A DNA stretch of 62,049 bases, counting the filler, from Candidatus Woesearchaeota archaeon (GTDB taxonomy: Archaea > Nanobdellota > Nanobdellia > Woesearchaeales > CAZJJJ01), in the NCBI GenBank assembly GCA_046538795.1. It is 5 parts of 5 records of this genome, joined end to end, with 100 filler letters (N's around TTAATTAATTAA, not from the genome) between each part and the next. Parts side by side here need not be neighbours in the genome. Positions count along the whole stretch, not along the records: positions 54,435 to 62,049 come from JBKHIF010000063.1; 4 more parts are not named here. One strand, 5' to 3'. The position numbers were made by a program, and so were the translations under genes. How positions within the stretch are numbered: the first letter of the stretch is position 1; every line of letters starts with the position of its first letter. The notes beneath the pieces are model-generated. The model was not told where the DNA came from. It saw only the letters and a list, made by a program, of their open reading frames with translations, and did no database searches. Positions 59,201-62,049 of this stretch are shown here, piece after piece.

Positions 59201-59934
59201 CCGAAGATGGAGAATCTCTTGTTCAAAGTACCATAGTCCCTCAAGGTCAAGGTTGGACTGGACAAACTGTACTTTTTAGACAAGATCCAGGAAATGCCGG
59301 TGAACATGAGATACTTCATCCCAGCGAATGGAGTATCTTGGAATCTGAATATGGATATAGCGGTGGAGGATGCAAACGAGAGACATACAGGAGGATAAAC
59401 AGTCGGAATTGGCCGGGGATGTCTTTAGTGGCTTTGATTATCGGCGGAAAAGATTTTTGGGACCATGATGCATATTTTGATTATGCTGACAGATGGATGC
59501 TCGAAGATATAGAGGATGGATTTTCTTCTGAAATCATAGATTCTTGCGGAAGTGCTGGGTCAGATTACCAGAGTTCAGGAAGTGAGTTTGCAGACGAGAT
59601 GTGGTTGACTTATAGATTTGATCATGGTTGTGTCTATGTTGGTACAAATATCTCTCATCAGACCAGGATCTATGATTGCGGCGGATATGATGTGAGTTGT
59701 TTAGATGTGCTTTCATGCCCAGATTATCCAAATGAACGTGCATGCGATTATGACCCTTGCAGAATTGGATGTTCATCAGGGTGTTCTGAAGGAACTATAC
59801 ATCCTTCTGACACAAATTCAGATGGTATTATCGATATTACAGAACTTAATTCTTACATAGATGGTTGGAAAACAACTTCATCCATATCATTATCTCAGCT
59901 TATCGAAGCGGTCGAAATTTGGAAAAATTCTTAG
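56203..59934 (+). CDS. Giant secreted protein: right-handed parallel beta-helix, QYGITWTFD domain and C-terminal EF-hand/dockerin-like module
   Basis: Signal peptide; YYVD..SD.NPGT...PF.T, PGD.IYVRAG.YRE, N-rich beta-helix rungs; HPSDTNSDGIIDITELNSYI..WK. Confidence 0.85.
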   Translation: MNLYMDKNVLILMIFFFLSHSVFALEYYVDTDSIGGGCSDSNPGTIDLPFCTLGQAESVSLPGDRIYVRAGIYREELKIDSYGDDGSPIVYEAYDGETVVIDGSEIISSWTPCPSQDACLGNPNWQEIYYTQIDYHTDKLFEDGVLMTNAREPDFGYYNSTKGSSGFSVLISHPSSLEGTSGDYRGALAEFQGTSTTASNDRNNLIYDKYVVTDYDDSSGQMFFDYSNMTPLWGHSFDDFLGEVWFYLRNKVNFIDRPGEWALVDYFSDAPYTIYFWPPGGDPSGSVIEAARRQEAITGIFSSENLVFKGIDVRKTNKYPTINYGTGFSFNSGARNIIINDSEMSYNQKAIVLRQMDGFVVDGCYVHDNYDGFIFGSGLDGPSIADPQMNHIIDTEIGPNGGDAIQIYSEANITVKNSYLHNHISDRKHSDNFQTRAVSGVFLYNNTIHDGGQNLVIQDTDNMVLEGNLIYNSHARSLLLDTDTNDDLLVKGNTFGYSYYMLLITFTDTIFEDNLYDTGDHYPVQYIHDYLDRIAYSNYNYYPDYVTIMVHGNPWTQIDIPDWQAMGFDLDSIFEGGSSFANVPSGVYSVEYFYERDDIRLKDISDVSDVFSVGDIIEYANDGVARIVTGVDKDSIQISPALPYDNIGSMWGNYVLHWGSNTDITEDYTPSGNVCTGSSSGSYIGAVACEKTVVDRCMGNCTNNITQYGITWTFDKEYEYGRFVNGDYWVVGPVNITFVDPSPVIIDGEAMHGSMIDPGIGQSYDSRTYHYDGSSSVDFPVLIDVDSSLVSTISNIEAECDVRGGQEPGAYDWTGFCSPFKPGRPYVKTAAVLTVVGENVPEGTFRPSFNGEDKRYHHEDQIRWDIIPSFTPPDNMNDNETYYLRGLERPWLMHIPDWSARSLHPSLNMFNNHSNILSFVQAAFLTSLLDIPYKEELVKSLIQNGIDTYGLVLQGHGSSAVGKLPVLFAGTMLDDPEMLNLYMDNISKTPFREDWMTYYPEDGESLVQSTIVPQGQGWTGQTVLFRQDPGNAGEHEILHPSEWSILESEYGYSGGGCKRETYRRINSRNWPGMSLVALIIGGKDFWDHDAYFDYADRWMLEDIEDGFSSEIIDSCGSAGSDYQSSGSEFADEMWLTYRFDHGCVYVGTNISHQTRIYDCGGYDVSCLDVLSCPDYPNERACDYDPCRIGCSSGCSEGTIHPSDTNSDGIIDITELNSYIDGWKTTSSISLSQLIEAVEIWKNS

Positions 59935-59976
59935 CTTTTGATAAGTTTTATTAATCATAAGTTTATTATTTATTTT

Positions 59977-62049
59977 ATGAAAAAATTTTTGTTGTTTATA
60001 TTGTTTATATTCATCTTTTTAGACATATCATCTGCCGAGCAGATAGATCTTCCAAAAGATGAAGATGGCTGGACAATCTTTTCTCCATCTTCAGATACAA
60101 GGATAGTTTATGTCTCAAATGATGGTAATGATTCTACAGGACAGATATATTCAGAAACTGATTTTTCAGATCCTTTTAACCCATCCGGAGAACAAGCATT
60201 TGCGACTTATGCTGCAGCTTTTGAAAACACAAGAGATGGTTATCCTGACTGGATACTTATGAGACGAGGAGATGTTTTTTATGAAACTGTGAATTCTAAC
60301 GTAAAAAGCGGTCGCGATTCAGATGAACCTTTCTTGATAGGATCTTATGGTAATTCCGGGCTTGGACCTGTTTTCAAAACAGGCACAGAACCTGCAATTA
60401 GACCAAGCGATACAACACGTTGGTTTGCTTTTTCAGGGATAGATTTTTATGCGCATACAAGAAATCCGGATGATCCTGAATATGTTGATTCATCAGGTTC
60501 TTTAGGGATAGATGTTCTTACAGGTTCAGGAGAATCTATTGAAGGGGTATTGTTTGAAGGTTGTAAATTCAGATTTTATCAAAACAACCGTTTTCAATTA
60601 TGGAATGGCGATGAAATAACAGGAATCAAATTAAGTAGATGCATATTTTCAGATAATTACATTGAATCAGGGCATTGCCAGGGTCTTTATACAAATCTTG
60701 TTGATGGCATCATTCTTGAGGAAAATTTGTTTATTCATAATGGTTGGCTTGTTCAGAGCACCAATGGTGATAATGATCCGGCAGGTGGCCAGGCAACTAT
60801 GTTCAACCATAACACATATTTTGCGAGTTCTACCAATGTAGATTTTCATGAAAATGTCTTTATAGAGGGTTCAAGTGCTAACAACAAATTCACTGCTCAG
60901 TATAATATTAGCAACATCAATATTCAAAATAATCTTTACATAGGTGCAGAAAATGCGTTAAGTATGGGCGCTAACTATGAGAATCTACAAAGGATAAAAA
61001 GTGTGAACATAACAGAAAACATAGTTACTGATGTCGGAAGATCAAGACCAACAAACAGATACTTGAGCTGGGGTTTTTGGCTTCAGGGATTTAAGGATGG
61101 TATTGTGGATGAAAATTATATTTTAAATCAAAAAGATCCAAGCAATACAAATACTGTCGGAATAAATATTGACGGTGATCACAGGAATGTTTCTTTCAAC
61201 AATAATGTAATATATGGTCTTATGGATGGTGTAGGTTTTTCTATAACTTCAGATGATTTTCAGGATATAACAATATCTGATAACAAAATTCAGTTATTGC
61301 AGGATTCAGATTATATTATCAGTTCAAGAGAATCAACCTCAGGCAATTGCGAGTTTTCAGACAACACTTATTTCAGCGATAGGTCAGATGAATCAAGGTT
61401 TAGCTATATGTTTTCTGATACTTCTTTTGATGACTGGAGAACTTCAACAGGAGATAATTCTAGTTTTGAAGAATATGATTTTCCTGATCCTGCAAGAAGC
61501 ATAGAGACATATCAAGAGAGTTTAGGCAAAGAAGCATCTATCGATGCATTCATTGATTCAGCAAGGATGCAGGACAGATATAACTGGAGTTATGAATATA
61601 CTGCTACTGTCGTGAATGCCTGGATAAAGGAAGGTTTTGCTGTTTCTGAAGAATCTCAAGAACCAGAATCAGGAGAACAAGAAAAGGACATTTTATCACC
61701 TACCATAAATTTAATTTATCCTGAAGATAATATGACTTTATTGAATGAAAGTCTTAATTTTTCAGTATTTGTTTCAGACAATAACACTATTAATAATGTT
61801 TCTTTATTTGGAAACTGGACAGGATGGCATCTTAATGAAACAAATACATCGGGTGTTGATGGATTTTATCTTTTTTCAAAGAACTTAACTAATGGAAGTT
61901 ATTATTGGAACATATATGCTTGTGATAATAATTCAAATTGTGCTTTCGCTTTACAAAATCAGTCTTTTGTTGTTGAATTAATATCATACCATGATGCAGA
62001 TACAAACCAAAATGGTATAATAGATCTTACTGAATTAAATTCTTATGTG
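59977..62049 (+). CDS. Secreted beta-helix protein with Ig-like domain and EF-hand/dockerin-like module; runs off the window end (not in ORF track)
   Basis: MKKFLLFILFIFIFLDISSAEQIDLPKDEDGWTIF...IVYVSNDGNDSTG...RDGYPDWILMRRGDVF...HCQGLY...FNHNTY...HDADTNQNGIIDLTELNSYV; no stop seen to 62049. Confidence 0.85.
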   Translation, partial: MKKFLLFILFIFIFLDISSAEQIDLPKDEDGWTIFSPSSDTRIVYVSNDGNDSTGQIYSETDFSDPFNPSGEQAFATYAAAFENTRDGYPDWILMRRGDVFYETVNSNVKSGRDSDEPFLIGSYGNSGLGPVFKTGTEPAIRPSDTTRWFAFSGIDFYAHTRNPDDPEYVDSSGSLGIDVLTGSGESIEGVLFEGCKFRFYQNNRFQLWNGDEITGIKLSRCIFSDNYIESGHCQGLYTNLVDGIILEENLFIHNGWLVQSTNGDNDPAGGQATMFNHNTYFASSTNVDFHENVFIEGSSANNKFTAQYNISNINIQNNLYIGAENALSMGANYENLQRIKSVNITENIVTDVGRSRPTNRYLSWGFWLQGFKDGIVDENYILNQKDPSNTNTVGINIDGDHRNVSFNNNVIYGLMDGVGFSITSDDFQDITISDNKIQLLQDSDYIISSRESTSGNCEFSDNTYFSDRSDESRFSYMFSDTSFDDWRTSTGDNSSFEEYDFPDPARSIETYQESLGKEASIDAFIDSARMQDRYNWSYEYTATVVNAWIKEGFAVSEESQEPESGEQEKDILSPTINLIYPEDNMTLLNESLNFSVFVSDNNTINNVSLFGNWTGWHLNETNTSGVDGFYLFSKNLTNGSYYWNIYACDNNSNCAFALQNQSFVVELISYHDADTNQNGIIDLTELNSYV

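Noticed and set aside
1..62049. tRNA, rRNA, transposase or integrase genes
   Set aside because: Intergenic regions are short and AT-rich, with no cloverleaf or rRNA-like GC-rich stretch seen by eye, and no transposase or integrase motifs. tRNAscan-SE and Infernal would be needed to exclude them formally.

Overview
Archaeal DNA, most consistent with a DPANN archaeon (Woesearchaeota-like), judged from the archaeal r-protein set, rnp1, pelota, RFC and many large Cys/Asp-rich secreted proteins. The window is not one molecule: four artificial 100-nt spacers (44N-TTAATTAATTAA-44N) join five contigs (1-30817, 30918-38783, 38884-46607, 46708-54334, 54435-62049) in descending size order, so adjacency across spacers carries no information. 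Contig 1 holds the S10/spc r-protein operon through secY, DUF106, rpl34e and rpl14e (no adk or cmk), then pheST, a TrmB-family gene, pelota, a tandem array of paralogous secreted/lipoproteins led by a class III signal-peptide protein, a coiled-coil protein, rfcS and a PRC-barrel protein. The other contigs carry giant surface proteins (pilin-type signal peptides, MopE-like/TSP3 Cys-Asp repeats, beta-helix proteins sharing a C-terminal EF-hand/dockerin-like module), ppsA, a nucleotidyltransferase with a 50-aa partner, a prenyl synthase fragment, a radical SAM-HhH protein and a SecD-like fragment. The most unusual signals are: a His-Xaa-Ser repeat C-terminus hidden on the minus strand at the end of contig 4; the shared EF-hand/dockerin-like tag on secreted beta-helix proteins; the pilin-signal giant protein family; a one-base frameshift splitting a surface lipoprotein; and several genes missing from the ORF track. 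No rRNA, tRNA, CRISPR array or transposase was recognised.
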